Part shown: positions 27,778 through 38,511 of the stretch, piece by piece
Layout of the letters: each line of letters opens with the position of its first letter
How positions within the stretch are numbered: the stretch's first letter is position 1
Source of the DNA: Vicinamibacterales bacterium
GTDB lineage: Bacteria > Acidobacteriota > Vicinamibacteria > Vicinamibacterales > JAMQPK01
Assembly (NCBI GenBank): GCA_963782595.1
Contig: CAWAKJ010000002.1
Coordinates: forward strand, 1,385,564 to 1,449,563
Direction: 5' to 3'
DNA length: 64,000 bases
Made by a program: the position numbers and the translations under genes
The notes under the pieces: generated by a model
Databases searched by the model: none
Told to the model about the DNA's origin: nothing
Seen by the model: only the letters and a program-made list of their open reading frames with translations

Positions 27778-28184
27778 TCGACGAGCAGCTCCCGAATATA
27801 GTCGGGCAGCCGGCAGGGTCGCCCGCTCGTATCAATCGCCGCGTGAACGGTGCGGCCTGTTGCGTTGAGGGTGCCGTCGGCCGGCCGCGTAATCTCGTAC
27901 TCGAACTCGACCCGTGCCGGCGACAGCAGCCGGCCCGTCGTCTTCAGCCGCAGCTCGTCGTCGTATCTGGCGGGCGACTTGTAATCGCAGTGGGCTTCGA
28001 TGACCGGCAGGCCGATGCCTTCTTCCTCCATCTCGCGGTAGCTTCGCCCGATAGCTCGCAGCAGCTCGCAGCGCCCGATTTCGAACCACATGAAGTAGTT
28101 CGCGTGATACACGACGCCCATCTTGTCGGTTTCGGCGTAGCGCACTCTGATGTCGATGGTTTGTGGCGTCTTCGAGGTCATCAC
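27774..28184 (-). CDS. YbgC/FadM family acyl-CoA thioesterase
   Basis: VRYAETDKMGVVYHANY..WFEIGR. Confidence 0.92.
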   Translation of the reverse strand: MMTSKTPQTIDIRVRYAETDKMGVVYHANYFMWFEIGRCELLRAIGRSYREMEEEGIGLPVIEAHCDYKSPARYDDELRLKTTGRLLSPARVEFEYEITRPADGTLNATGRTVHAAIDTSGRPCRLPDYIRELLVE

Positions 28185-28858
28185 GAAGCGACGGCTGCGG
28201 CCGCGTTCTTCAACGCCCTGGTTGCCGCGGTCGGATCGGACGAGTTGAAGATGGCGGAGCCGGCGACGACAATCTCGACGCCTGCGTCCACCACGAGGGC
28301 GATGTTCGAGAGGTCGATGCCGCCGTCGATTTCGATGGGCGCCTTGTTGGCCGCCCGGTCGAGCATGCGCCGGATCGCGACCACCTTTTGCACGCTCGTC
28401 GGAATGAACTTCTGTCCGCCGAACCCTGGATTGACCGACATCACCAGCACGAAATCGACTTCGCCGGCGATTTCCTCGATCGCCACCGGTGGTGTCGAAG
28501 GGTTCAGCACGACGCCGGCCTTCACACCGAGGCTCTTGATGAGGCCGACCGTGCGATGCAGGTGTGGCAGCACTTCGACGTGCACCGACAACATGTCGGC
28601 GCCCGCAGCGACGAACGCTTCGGCGTACTTGTCTGCATCGGTGATCATCAGATGCACGTCGAGCGGCACCTTCGCCACGCGTTTCACCGAGCGGACCACG
28701 GCGGGTCCGATAGTGATGTTGGGTACGAAGTGACCGTCCATCACGTCCACGTGGATGAGATCGGCGCCACCGCTTTCGACGGCCGCGATCGCGTCGCCGA
28801 GCGCTGCGAAATCGGCCGAGAGAATCGATGGTGCGATGCGCACTTGTCTACCGTTCAC
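28181..28858 (-). CDS. rpe: Ribulose-phosphate 3-epimerase
   Basis: IAPSILSADF, HVDVMDGHFVPN, DVHLM, MSVNPGFGGQ, IDGG. Confidence 0.96.
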   Translation of the reverse strand: MNGRQVRIAPSILSADFAALGDAIAAVESGGADLIHVDVMDGHFVPNITIGPAVVRSVKRVAKVPLDVHLMITDADKYAEAFVAAGADMLSVHVEVLPHLHRTVGLIKSLGVKAGVVLNPSTPPVAIEEIAGEVDFVLVMSVNPGFGGQKFIPTSVQKVVAIRRMLDRAANKAPIEIDGGIDLSNIALVVDAGVEIVVAGSAIFNSSDPTAATRALKNAAAAVAS

Positions 28859-29576
28859 TGCTGACCTCGAGCGAAATCGGATCGCCCGCCGCGATCTGAA
28901 ATCCCGCCGTCGGGAATTGACGGAGAACAGTGCCGGCGGGTACTCCGGGATATGGCAGCTCGCCGACAACGGTGACGCGGAATCCGCGCGTGCGCAGAAG
29001 ATCGACGGCCCGCGTTCCGGCCACGCCAATTAGATCTGGCATCACGTAGTACCGGCTCTGCTCGCCCCGGTTGATGAGAAGCGCCACCTCCGTGCCGCGC
29101 GCGCTTCCCGGGGGTTCCTGTGCCATGACAGTGCCGCTGGGAAAATCGGCCGAGCGTACTTCTACCAATGAGGCGACCGACAAGCCGTCCTGCTGCAGAC
29201 GCAACTGGGCGGCCCGCTCGGATTCACCGGTGAGCGCTGGAATGATCGTGATTCTCGAGCCCTGGCTGACCCACACGCGAATTGTGCGCTGACGGCGCGT
29301 GATCGCCCCTGGTGCAGGATCCTGCAGCGCGATACGGCCGGCGGGAATCTTCGGATCGAGCCGCTTACTCTCGTCGACCGTCAACGCCAGGCCCATCTGC
29401 TCCAGCGTAGCGGTCGCTTCCGCGACCGTGTGATTGCGCAGATCGGGCGCCGGCATCTCGCGAACCTTCAGCGCGACGCGCATGGCGGTGACGGCAAAGA
29501 TGAGATAGGTCGCGACCAGACACGCGGCAATGGCAAACAGCCGGCCGGCGCTCCACATTCGGGTTCTGAACAGCAT
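28848..29576 (-). CDS. Membrane-anchored PASTA domain protein (three repeats)
   Basis: N-terminal TM; PDLRN..., IPALTG..., MPDLIG... repeats with Q-x-P motifs. Confidence 0.88.
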   Translation of the reverse strand: MLFRTRMWSAGRLFAIAACLVATYLIFAVTAMRVALKVREMPAPDLRNHTVAEATATLEQMGLALTVDESKRLDPKIPAGRIALQDPAPGAITRRQRTIRVWVSQGSRITIIPALTGESERAAQLRLQQDGLSVASLVEVRSADFPSGTVMAQEPPGSARGTEVALLINRGEQSRYYVMPDLIGVAGTRAVDLLRTRGFRVTVVGELPYPGVPAGTVLRQFPTAGFQIAAGDPISLEVSSER

Positions 29577-29585
29577 GAAGACCCC

Positions 29586-30944
29586 TTATTTTACACGGCG
29601 CAAGACGGCGCCGTAGAAGGCCTCGAGGCCGTGCTTGTGGGGCAGCGTGCGCAGGACACCGGTGTCGTCCAGTACTGGCTGCAGTGCTGCACTGAACTGC
29701 GCGGGCGACTCGATGGTCAGGTTTACGGCCCTGAACCCGGCGCCGGCCTCCAGGAACGCCGACACGACCGCGTCGTTTTCCTCTGGCTCGCTCGAACAGG
29801 TGGAATAGATGAGCCGCCCACCCGGGCGGACCGCCTCTGCCGCGTGACCGATCATGGTCAACTGCGCGTGCGCCAGGGGCGCGAGGTCGGCCTCGGTTCT
29901 GCGCCAGCGAATTTCAGGATCGCGCCGCACGGTTCCGAGACCCGAGCACGGAGCATCGACGAACACGATGTCGAATTCCGAGGAAAAGGGAAGTCCGGCT
30001 TCGAGATCGGCCTGCTGAACCTGAATATTCCGTGCGCCGCTGGCGTTGACCGTCTCGCGCAGGAGCGCAACACGCGCGCTGCGGACATCGGTCGCGACAA
30101 TCTCCGCCCGGTCGCCAGCCATCGACGCCATGGCGGTCGTTTTGCCGCCTGGCGAGGCGCAGGTATCGAGCACGCGCATGCCGGGTTCCGGGGCGCCCAG
30201 CAGCGCGACGAGCTGCGACGCTTCATCCTGCAGGAAGAACTGGCCGGTGCCTGCGAGCGGTGTTCGGAGGGGATTGCCCGATTTGACGACGAGGCCGTCG
30301 GGGGCATAGCGCGCCGGCTCGACGTCAACGCCGTGTTCAGCCAGGGCTTTGACCACTGTTTCGCTGTCGCCCTTCAACCGGTTCACTCGAAGCATCAGCG
30401 GGGCAGGGGCGTTGTTGAAATTCTCCCAGGCTTCTGCGGCGTCAAATCCGTAGCGATCCAGCCATCGGCGCGCAAGCCAACCAGGATGCGACAGCGACAC
30501 TTCCAGATAGGCCAGGGCATCGCCATCTGGTGGACGTGCCGGAAGCGGCAGTTGATGCGAATTCCGTGAGATGGAACGCAGCACGGCGTTCACCAGCCCT
30601 GCGGCGCTCGTTTTCCTCGCGCGCCGAGTCATGGCAACCGCATCGTTGACGGCCGCTGCTGCCGGAACCCGATCGAGGTGAAGCAGTTGATAGATGCCGA
30701 GTCGCAGAATCTGCAGCACCTCGAAGTCGAGCTTCGTCGGAGGCCGCTTGGCAAAATGCGCAATGAGATGATCGATCTGGCGCTGCCACCGAAGTGTGCC
30801 TGTCACAAGATCCGTCGCCAGGGCTCGATCGCGCTCGTCCTGTAACGCCGGTCTGACCTCGGCAAGCGCGGCGGGTAAATCGAGACGGCCCGCGTTGACA
30901 TCGCAGAGCGCGGTGAACGCCGCCGTCCGCGCGGGAGCGATCAT
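29586..30944 (-). CDS. rsmB: 16S rRNA m5C967 methyltransferase RsmB/Sun
   Basis: NusB-like N-terminus, QDEASQ, DTCASPGGKT, DAPCSGLG, YSTCS. Confidence 0.95.
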   Translation of the reverse strand: MIAPARTAAFTALCDVNAGRLDLPAALAEVRPALQDERDRALATDLVTGTLRWQRQIDHLIAHFAKRPPTKLDFEVLQILRLGIYQLLHLDRVPAAAAVNDAVAMTRRARKTSAAGLVNAVLRSISRNSHQLPLPARPPDGDALAYLEVSLSHPGWLARRWLDRYGFDAAEAWENFNNAPAPLMLRVNRLKGDSETVVKALAEHGVDVEPARYAPDGLVVKSGNPLRTPLAGTGQFFLQDEASQLVALLGAPEPGMRVLDTCASPGGKTTAMASMAGDRAEIVATDVRSARVALLRETVNASGARNIQVQQADLEAGLPFSSEFDIVFVDAPCSGLGTVRRDPEIRWRRTEADLAPLAHAQLTMIGHAAEAVRPGGRLIYSTCSSEPEENDAVVSAFLEAGAGFRAVNLTIESPAQFSAALQPVLDDTGVLRTLPHKHGLEAFYGAVLRRVK

Positions 30945-31912
30945 GGCGCCTCGGTGCGGACGAAACGCGCTCCAGGAACAATCGGCCGGCCGGCCAGGAA
31001 TTCTCGCGCGGTGACAGGCCGCCGGCCCTCCCGCTGCAATATCAGCAGCCGCAGCACTCCGCGGCCGGTTCCGACGAGCAATTGGTCGCCGCGTGCTTCG
31101 AAAACGGATCCCGGAACCGTTTCGGGGGTGCCGCTTTCGTCCGCGATCTCGGATTTCAACAGGATGGTGCGCTCGCCCTCCAGCTCCGAGTAGGCATGAG
31201 GCCACGGATGGAGCCCACGGATCTGGTCGTGGATCTCGCGTGCCGATCGGGACCACTCGACGATACCGTCGGCCTTTTCGATCTTCGGCGCGTAGGTCGC
31301 CTCAGAATCGTCCTGAGGAACTTCGGTGGCACGGCCTTCGGCGAGCGCGTCAACCACGCCGACGAGTGCCCGAGCGCCAATCTCGGCGATATCGCGTTCC
31401 ACTTCGGCGCTGGTTTCGTGCTCGGAGATGGGGCGCACCACCTTTGCCATCATGGGTCCGGCGTCGAGTGCCTGGACGAGGCGCATGATCGTGACGCCGG
31501 TCTGGGCGTCGCCAGACATGACGGCTCGGTGAATCGGGGCAGCGCCGCGATACTTCGGCAGGAGTGAGGCATGCACGTTGATGAGACCCAGCCGCGGGGT
31601 CTCCAGCACCTCGCGCGTCAGAATCCTGCCGTATGCCGCGACAACACCGAGATCGGCCTGCAAGCCGCACAGCGCGTCGAGGAACGCCTCGTCGCGAAGA
31701 CGCGCAGGCTGAAGCACGGGCACACTGTACCGTTCGGCCAGCTCCTTGACCGGTCCGGGCTGCGACTTGTGTCCTCGTCCCCGTGCACGATCCGGCTGAG
31801 TGACGACGCCCACCACGGGATGCCGCGATCGGCTGAGTGCCTGCAACGTTGGAACGGCGAAGTGGGGAGTACCGAAGAAGACGACTCGAAGCGGGGCGGC
31901 GAGCGTCACCAT
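30941..31912 (-). CDS. fmt: Methionyl-tRNA formyltransferase
   Basis: FFGTPHFA, VTQPDR, NVHASLLPKYRGAAPI. Confidence 0.96.
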   Translation of the reverse strand: MVTLAAPLRVVFFGTPHFAVPTLQALSRSRHPVVGVVTQPDRARGRGHKSQPGPVKELAERYSVPVLQPARLRDEAFLDALCGLQADLGVVAAYGRILTREVLETPRLGLINVHASLLPKYRGAAPIHRAVMSGDAQTGVTIMRLVQALDAGPMMAKVVRPISEHETSAEVERDIAEIGARALVGVVDALAEGRATEVPQDDSEATYAPKIEKADGIVEWSRSAREIHDQIRGLHPWPHAYSELEGERTILLKSEIADESGTPETVPGSVFEARGDQLLVGTGRGVLRLLILQREGRRPVTAREFLAGRPIVPGARFVRTEAP

Positions 31913-32415
31913 TTGCCGGCGCGCGAGAGCTTGCGGATTTTCTTGACGATCAGATCGCGCTTGATGCCGCGGACGCGATCGAGAAACAGTTTGCCGTCGA
32001 GGTGGTCCATTTCGTGCTGGAGCGCGCGGGCGAGCAGATCCTTGCCTTCGACCGTTCGTAGATGGCCGTTCCGATCGAGGCCGCTGATGACGGCCCGCAT
32101 CGGGCGGGCGACGGTGGCGTTGAAGCCCGGAACGCTGAGGCACCCCTCTTCTTCGAGCTGCATGCCCTCGAGCTCGAGAAACTGCGGGTTGACGAACACC
32201 ATGAGGTCCGCGGCATTGCGGCCGACCGACAGGTCGATCACGAAGATTCTGAGGGGAACGCCCACCTGCGGCGCGGCCAGTCCGATGCCGGGTGCGGCAT
32301 ACATCGTCTCGATCATGTCGTCGATGAGCCTTTGAAGGTCGGAGGTCAGCTCGCCGACTTCCGTCGCCCGCTCGTGCAGCGGGGCCTCGCCGAATTTCAG
32401 AATCGGGCGAATCAC
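31906..32415 (-). CDS. def: Peptide deformylase
   Basis: GIGLAAPQVG, EGCLS, QHEMDHL. Confidence 0.97.
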   Translation of the reverse strand: MIRPILKFGEAPLHERATEVGELTSDLQRLIDDMIETMYAAPGIGLAAPQVGVPLRIFVIDLSVGRNAADLMVFVNPQFLELEGMQLEEEGCLSVPGFNATVARPMRAVISGLDRNGHLRTVEGKDLLARALQHEMDHLDGKLFLDRVRGIKRDLIVKKIRKLSRAGKW

Positions 32416-33746
32416 CCGCCTTCGCGCCTCCGTTGCTGGTGGCGCTCCGGCGCGGCAGGCCCGCCTTCGCGCTCCCGGTGCTCCGCCCTTCGACCCTGCT
32501 CAGGGCGCCCCGAGCCGTCGTCGAGGGGCGACGCTGCAAGCGCCCGGCTTTGGAACCGCGCCTGCAGCCGTTCGGCGGCGCTGGCGTAATTGCGCGCAAT
32601 CTCGCCAAGCGAGTCGCCGCTGAATTTCTCCAGGAAGGCGTCTGCGAGCACCAAGACGACTACCGCTTCGCCGACGACAGCGGCGGCGGAAATTGCGCAG
32701 ACGTCACTTCGTTCGATGACGGCAGGAGCCTCGCTCATGACCGACAGATCGACCGACCGCAATGGCTTCATCAGCGTCGCGATGGGCTTCATGAATCCGG
32801 AGACTCTGAGGTCTTCGCCGTTGGTGACGCCCCCTTCGAGACCGCCGGCGTTGTTCGTGGGCCGGGCCACACCAATCGGCGGCTTCGCCCGAGCCGGCGC
32901 GGGTACGATTTCATCGTGCATCTGCGATCCAGGAACAGACGCAGCCTTGGGTCCGATACCGATGCCGACGCCCTTGATCGCAGGAATCGACATCATGGCC
33001 TGCGCGAGGCGGCCGTCCAGCTTGCGATCCCACTGCACGTAGCTCCCCAGTCCGACGGGAAGACCGCGAACGACAACCTCATAGGCCCCGCCTGCCGTAT
33101 CACCAGCGTCGCGGCACCGATCGATCTCGGCAATCATTCGTACTTCGGCGGCCGGATCGGCGCATCGCAGGGCCGAATCGGGACCGATGTCTCGCGCGGC
33201 CTCGAATGTGACTCGAAGGGGCGAGTCGAGACCGATGCCGTTGACCTGGTAGACGTGGCTGACGATGTCGATGTCGAACTTCTTCAACAGTTGACGCGCA
33301 ATCGCACCAGCAGCGACGCGAGCGGCCGTTTCGCGCGCGCTGGCACGCTCGAGCACGTCGCGAATGTCGGTGCGGTCGTACTTGATCACGCCTGCAAGAT
33401 CGGCGTGCCCGGGACGGGGGCGGGTCACGACGGGCCTCGTCGCGCCTGTCGCGCCGGCCGGTGCCTCGTCTTCGGCATGCATCGTCTGCTGCCAGTTCTC
33501 CCAGTCCTTGTTGCGAATGAGCAGGGCAATCGGAGAGCCGAGCGTTTCGCCCGCGCGCACGCCCGAGAGAATCTCTGCCTTGTCGGACTCGATGGCCATC
33601 CGCCGTCCGCGGCCATAACCCCCTTGGCGCCGCTTCAACTGCTCGGTGATGGCCTCGAAATCGATGTGAAGGCCGGCCGGCATGCCCTCGAGAATGGCAA
33701 CGAGCCCCTTGCCATGCGACTCGCCGGCAGTGAGAAAACGCAGCAT
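32412..33746 (-). CDS. aroC: Chorismate synthase with repeat-derived C-terminal tail
   Basis: TAGESHG, RRQGGYGRG, RPGHAD, ERASARET, MKPI. Confidence 0.96.
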   Translation of the reverse strand: MLRFLTAGESHGKGLVAILEGMPAGLHIDFEAITEQLKRRQGGYGRGRRMAIESDKAEILSGVRAGETLGSPIALLIRNKDWENWQQTMHAEDEAPAGATGATRPVVTRPRPGHADLAGVIKYDRTDIRDVLERASARETAARVAAGAIARQLLKKFDIDIVSHVYQVNGIGLDSPLRVTFEAARDIGPDSALRCADPAAEVRMIAEIDRCRDAGDTAGGAYEVVVRGLPVGLGSYVQWDRKLDGRLAQAMMSIPAIKGVGIGIGPKAASVPGSQMHDEIVPAPARAKPPIGVARPTNNAGGLEGGVTNGEDLRVSGFMKPIATLMKPLRSVDLSVMSEAPAVIERSDVCAISAAAVVGEAVVVLVLADAFLEKFSGDSLGEIARNYASAAERLQARFQSRALAASPLDDGSGRPEQGRRAEHREREGGPAAPERHQQRRREGG

Positions 33747-33849
33747 TTCACAGTCATTCTATACGAAGTTTCTGCACTGTCCGGCCGCGACGGCGCGCGA
33801 TTGCGCCTGTTTTTCGCAGGCGAGGCGATTGCACGTGGAGAGGCATCGC

Positions 33850-36798
33850 ATGGCCACGCTCATCGCCGATCGATTTCTTCTCCATGGAACGGCAACGCCG
33901 GCGCAGGACTTCAATCTGATTGCCATCGATCTTGCGTCGGGCAATCGCGTTCGTCTGCAATTGGCTCTCGCCGGCCCACGCAGCGAGCAGCAGACCTGGG
34001 TCGATGCGTGCGCACGTGCCTACGCCGAGGGACGGCTGGTTGATTTCGGCTTCATCGGTACGGCGTACCGCTTCGAAGCCTTTCCACGGCAGCGCGCACA
34101 CGACAGCAGGCACATTGCCGCTGCGGAGAGCCTGCTCGAATGGCTCGAGCGCTCACATCCCTCGTCTATGCGCGTGCTTTGCGTACCGCAACTGCCAGCC
34201 GCGCGCGATCTTCGCTTGCGCGGATTCGTGCCCTGCCATGTCGCGCTCCTCGACCACGTCGCGCTCTCCAGCGACATCCGGGTCGTGCTCGCGAAACGAT
34301 CGGTCGTGCTGCTGGATTCGCGCGGCGTACCGAACAACGTCGCATTGGCCGTACTGCGGCTTCGCCAGTTGAATGTCCGAGACGTGTGCGCCATCGTGCA
34401 GCAAGAGCCGCGGAAGAGGATGCAGATCGCCGCCGCGGCCGAGAGCAGAGCGGCCTACGACGGGCCTGCCTCGCCGGGTCTGAAGAGCAAGACCCGGCCT
34501 ACTGTGCCCGATGCACGCGTCGCCCAGATGTTGACCGAGGCCGAGCGGATGCTGCAGCGCGGGCGTCACTCCGCCGCCGAGCGTGCGCTTCGCGGCGCCG
34601 CAGGAGCGGCCGGGCGGAGAGGCGACTGGATTCGAGCCGGCGATGCAGGACTGGCACTCGGGCAGCTTCTGCTCACACGGGGCCGCGCGGCCGATGCAAA
34701 GGCAGCTTTCGGAGAAGCCCACAACTATTTTCAGCAAGGGCAGGCGGCGGGGCCGGCGATCGACGCCACGATTCACCTCGGTCTCGCACAGACCGACCTG
34801 GCGGACCTGGTCGAGGCGGAGCAGACATGTCGTGCGGCATATTCCGCTGCCGCCGCGCTTCGGCATCCGGAATCGACGTTGTCTGCCGGAATCGCACTCG
34901 CGAGGACACTGCTGTGGCAGCAACGACAAACAGATGCCCGGGCAATTCTCGGAGCGGTAACCCCGACCGGCGATGCCGTCTGCTGCACGAGATACTGGTG
35001 TCTCGTCGCCAGGCTCCACATCGCAGGCGGTGCACTTTCCGAGGCACGCGAGACCATCGCACGTGCGCGTCGCGCCGCGAACGACGGGTCACCTGTGCTC
35101 GAGTCGCTTGTCCGGTTACATGAGGCGAGCATTCAGGCGCGTCTCGGCGACGTCGACGCCCTTCGCCTTCACGTGGCAGCAGGACTGGCCGCGGCACGAT
35201 CGGCGCATCTGCCGCTGCAGGCAATCAAGTTGAGGCTGGTGCAGGTGGACGGCCTTGTCCGCGCTGAACGCCCGGGGGCCGCACGTGCTTCATTGAAACG
35301 TTTCACCACGATTCGCCACGGGGCCATTCCACCGCTATTGAAACTGCACATCGAATCCGTGTTGAAGGCGCTCGACCAGCCAGCGTCGGCGCGCGAATCG
35401 GCGGTCCGCTTCCAAGTGGAAGACTGCGGAGGCAGCGTGGCGGAGCTCGACAGCGTGCGCAATCTTCTGGCCCTTTCACATCAACCCGAGGACGAAGCGG
35501 AAGCACTCGAACGGGTGGCCGCCGCCGTGCGACGGCATACGCATGCCGCGGGAGTTGGCATCTTCGGGTCACATAGTTCGGTCACGCGTCTGGTTGGAGC
35601 GTCAGGCACGGCCAGTGAGCAGCTGGCACAACGGGCGATCAATGTCGGTCAGCCTATCGCTCCCGGCCCTTCGGGGACCTGGATAGAAAGCGCCGTCCCA
35701 ATCCAGTACCTCGGGCGCTTTGTGGGGGCTATGGCCTTCCGATGGAGCATGGAGGGGCCCGAGAACGCCGGACGCGCGCTGGCATTCGGAGCGGCAGCGG
35801 CGGCTGTGTGCGCCCCCCTGGTGTATGTGCTCGTCGAGCGCCAGAACGCACCGTCTGTTGAGCAGGCGCCGTTCGATCTGGCCGGCGCAAGCTCGGCGAT
35901 CGGCGAAGTGCGAAAGGCCATCGCTCGCGCAGCCAACGCGCCCTTCACCGTTCTGATCGAAGGGGAAAGCGGATCAGGTAAAGAGCTCGTCGCCAGGGCG
36001 ATTCATCGTGCGGGTGGCCGCCGCGATCGGCGCTTCTGTGCGCTGAACTGCGCGGCCATGCCCGAAGACCTGATCGACGCTGAGCTGTTCGGTCACGCCA
36101 GAGGCGCATTCACCGGGTCAGTGGGAGAGCGGCTTGGCCTGTTTGAAAGCGCCGACGGCGGTACTGTGTTCCTCGACGAGGTCGGCGAGTTGTCGGCGCG
36201 AGCGCAAGCCAAGGTGCTGCGGGTGCTTCAGGAGGGAGAGATTCGCCGCGTCGGCGAAAACTTTACTCGAACCTTCGACGCGCGCCTCGTCGCTGCGACC
36301 AACCGGTCTCTGCGCGCCGAAGTCGAGGCGGGGCGGTTTCGGCAGGACCTGCTTTACCGGCTCGATGTCATCCGTATCAACGTGCCGCCGCTGCGCGATC
36401 GCGTCGACGACATCCCGCTACTGGCCGCGCGCTTCTGGAAGCAGGCCGCCGAACGCATTGGCAGTCGAGCGGTGCTCGGACAGAGCGTGCTTTCGGCGCT
36501 GGCGCGGTATGATTGGCCGGGCAACGTTCGAGAACTGCAGAACGTGCTCACCGCGCTGGTCGTGGCGGCGCCTGCCCGCGGTGTCGTCGGCGCGTCCCAG
36601 ATCCCCGTAGCGATTGCCCGAGCCGCCGAAGTGACGCCACACGAGTCGCTCGAGAGCGCGCGGCTCAAGTTCGAACAGCGATTCGTCCGCGCGGCGCTTG
36701 CGCGCGCGGCCGGACATCGCGGGCGCACGGCCGCCGCCCTGGGCCTCAGCCGTCAGGGCCTCGCAAAACTGATGCAGCGCCTTCATCTCGATGCTTAG
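33850..36798 (+). CDS. Sigma-54-dependent enhancer-binding protein (degenerate N-terminus, TPR region, GAF-like, AAA+, Fis HTH)
   Basis: [48 protein letters not shown]-terminal HTH; start at ATG 33850 after GGAGAGG. Confidence 0.9.
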   Translation: MATLIADRFLLHGTATPAQDFNLIAIDLASGNRVRLQLALAGPRSEQQTWVDACARAYAEGRLVDFGFIGTAYRFEAFPRQRAHDSRHIAAAESLLEWLERSHPSSMRVLCVPQLPAARDLRLRGFVPCHVALLDHVALSSDIRVVLAKRSVVLLDSRGVPNNVALAVLRLRQLNVRDVCAIVQQEPRKRMQIAAAAESRAAYDGPASPGLKSKTRPTVPDARVAQMLTEAERMLQRGRHSAAERALRGAAGAAGRRGDWIRAGDAGLALGQLLLTRGRAADAKAAFGEAHNYFQQGQAAGPAIDATIHLGLAQTDLADLVEAEQTCRAAYSAAAALRHPESTLSAGIALARTLLWQQRQTDARAILGAVTPTGDAVCCTRYWCLVARLHIAGGALSEARETIARARRAANDGSPVLESLVRLHEASIQARLGDVDALRLHVAAGLAAARSAHLPLQAIKLRLVQVDGLVRAERPGAARASLKRFTTIRHGAIPPLLKLHIESVLKALDQPASARESAVRFQVEDCGGSVAELDSVRNLLALSHQPEDEAEALERVAAAVRRHTHAAGVGIFGSHSSVTRLVGASGTASEQLAQRAINVGQPIAPGPSGTWIESAVPIQYLGRFVGAMAFRWSMEGPENAGRALAFGAAAAAVCAPLVYVLVERQNAPSVEQAPFDLAGASSAIGEVRKAIARAANAPFTVLIEGESGSGKELVARAIHRAGGRRDRRFCALNCAAMPEDLIDAELFGHARGAFTGSVGERLGLFESADGGTVFLDEVGELSARAQAKVLRVLQEGEIRRVGENFTRTFDARLVAATNRSLRAEVEAGRFRQDLLYRLDVIRINVPPLRDRVDDIPLLAARFWKQAAERIGSRAVLGQSVLSALARYDWPGNVRELQNVLTALVVAAPARGVVGASQIPVAIARAAEVTPHESLESARLKFEQRFVRAALARAAGHRGRTAAALGLSRQGLAKLMQRLHLDA

Positions 36799-37717
36799 GT
36801 ACCTCATCCGACGGCTCGTGCTGACCATTCCGGTCCTGGTCGGCGTGGCGACGCTCGTGTTCGCCCTCATCCACTTCATTCCGGGAGATCCGGCGGCCGC
36901 CATGCTGGGCGAAGGCGCGACGCCGGAAGAAGTGAACCAGTTGCGCGAGCGTCTGGGACTCAACCGGCCGCTGCTGGTGCAGTACGGCTCGTTTCTCCAG
37001 GGTTTGCTGCATGGCGATCTCGGTGTCTCCTTGCGCAACGATCAGCCTGTCACACAACAGATTCTCGAGCGCATGCCCGCAACGGCTGAGCTGGCGTTTG
37101 CCTCGATGTTCGTGGCAGTGGCGATCGCGGTACCGCTGGGGATTGTCGCAGCGGTCTGGCGCGGCACGTCGATCGATGTTGGCGCGATGACGTTGTCCCT
37201 GGTGGGCATGTCGGTGCCGAATTTCTGGCTCGGACCTCTGCTGGCGATTATCTTTGCGGTAGAACTTGGCTGGTTGCCGGTCGGCGGACGTGGCACACCC
37301 GCGCATCTCGTGCTGCCGGCCGTCACGCTTGGCGCCGCGCTTGCCGCGATCCTCGCGCGCATGACGCGGGCCAGCCTGCTCGAAGAGTTGCGCGAGCCGT
37401 ACGTGCTGGCGGCCCGCGCGAAGGGTGTGTCGCGCACGCGCGCCATCCTTCATCACGCGTTTCGAAACAGCCTGATTCCGATCGTCACGATTCTGGGCCT
37501 GCAGTTCGGCGTTGTGCTGACCGGCGCGGTCATCACCGAGACCATCTTCGCGTGGCCTGGCATCGGGCGCCTGCTGATTCAGTCCATCAATTTTCGCGAC
37601 TACCCGCTTGTGCAGGGCTGCGTGCTCCTCATTGCGCTGACGTATGTCGGCGTGAACCTCGTCACCGACCTCACCTACAGCTTCCTCGATCCCCGCATCC
37701 GGGTGGATCGATCGTGA
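36791..37717 (+). CDS. Peptide/nickel ABC transporter permease (DppB-like)
   Basis: PGDPA, DLGVSL, PNFWLG, EAA loop ARAKG, DPRIR. Confidence 0.93.
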   Translation: MLRYLIRRLVLTIPVLVGVATLVFALIHFIPGDPAAAMLGEGATPEEVNQLRERLGLNRPLLVQYGSFLQGLLHGDLGVSLRNDQPVTQQILERMPATAELAFASMFVAVAIAVPLGIVAAVWRGTSIDVGAMTLSLVGMSVPNFWLGPLLAIIFAVELGWLPVGGRGTPAHLVLPAVTLGAALAAILARMTRASLLEELREPYVLAARAKGVSRTRAILHHAFRNSLIPIVTILGLQFGVVLTGAVITETIFAWPGIGRLLIQSINFRDYPLVQGCVLLIALTYVGVNLVTDLTYSFLDPRIRVDRS

Positions 37718-38511
37718 TCAAGATCGGTGCGGTCGTTGTCCTGATGACGGTCGTCGCCGCGATCCTGGCGCCATGGGTTGCGCCCTACGATCCCGCGTTC
37801 CAGGAGCTGGCCCTGCGCCTCGATCGGCCGAGCTTCGCGCATCCGTTCGGTCTCGACGAACTGGGGCGCGATATTTTCTCGCGCGTGCTCGCCGGTGCGC
37901 GCATTTCGCTCTTTGTCGGCCTTACCGTCGTGGGCATTTCGTCGGCCATCGGCATTCTGCTGGGCTCGATCGCCGGCTACTTCGGCGGGTGGCTGGACGA
38001 TGTCATCAGCCGCACGATCGACGTGCTGCTCGCGTTCCCTGGCATTCTCCTTGCCATCGCGCTCGTGGCGGTTCTGGGACCGAGCCTGGGAAATGTCGTG
38101 ATGGCGCTCGCGGTGATCGGATGGGTCGGATACGCGCGGCTGGTACGAGGTCAGGTACTGAAGGCGCGCGAGCTCGAGTTCGTTCAGGCCGCTCGCGCGC
38201 TCGGCGCCGGCACAGGGCGCATTCTCTTCAGGCACGTCATACCCACGACCATGTCGGCTGTGATGGTGCAGGCGACTCTCGGCATGGCGGGCGCGATTCT
38301 GGCGGAAGCCTCGCTCAGCTTTCTCGGCCTCGGCGTTCAGCCTCCGACGCCGAGCTGGGGCACGATGTTGAATGGGGGACGGTTGCATCTGCTCGACGCA
38401 CCGCACCTCACGATCTTTCCGGGCGCGGCCATCGCGTTGCTGGTCCTGGGGTTCAATTTTCTGGGCGACGGCTTGCGCGATCTGCTCGACCCAAAGCGCT
38501 ACCGGGCTTGA
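37714..38511 (+). CDS. Peptide/nickel ABC transporter permease (DppC-like)
   Basis: HPFGLDELGRD, AARALGA, EASLSFLGLG, GDGLRDLLDP. Confidence 0.93.
   Translation: MIKIGAVVVLMTVVAAILAPWVAPYDPAFQELALRLDRPSFAHPFGLDELGRDIFSRVLAGARISLFVGLTVVGISSAIGILLGSIAGYFGGWLDDVISRTIDVLLAFPGILLAIALVAVLGPSLGNVVMALAVIGWVGYARLVRGQVLKARELEFVQAARALGAGTGRILFRHVIPTTMSAVMVQATLGMAGAILAEASLSFLGLGVQPPTPSWGTMLNGGRLHLLDAPHLTIFPGAAIALLVLGFNFLGDGLRDLLDPKRYRA

Noticed and set aside
33817-33833. Sigma-54 promoter (GG-N10-GC) before the enhancer-binding protein
   Set aside because: Only a loose match to TGGCAC-N5-TTGC in GC-rich DNA; not supportable
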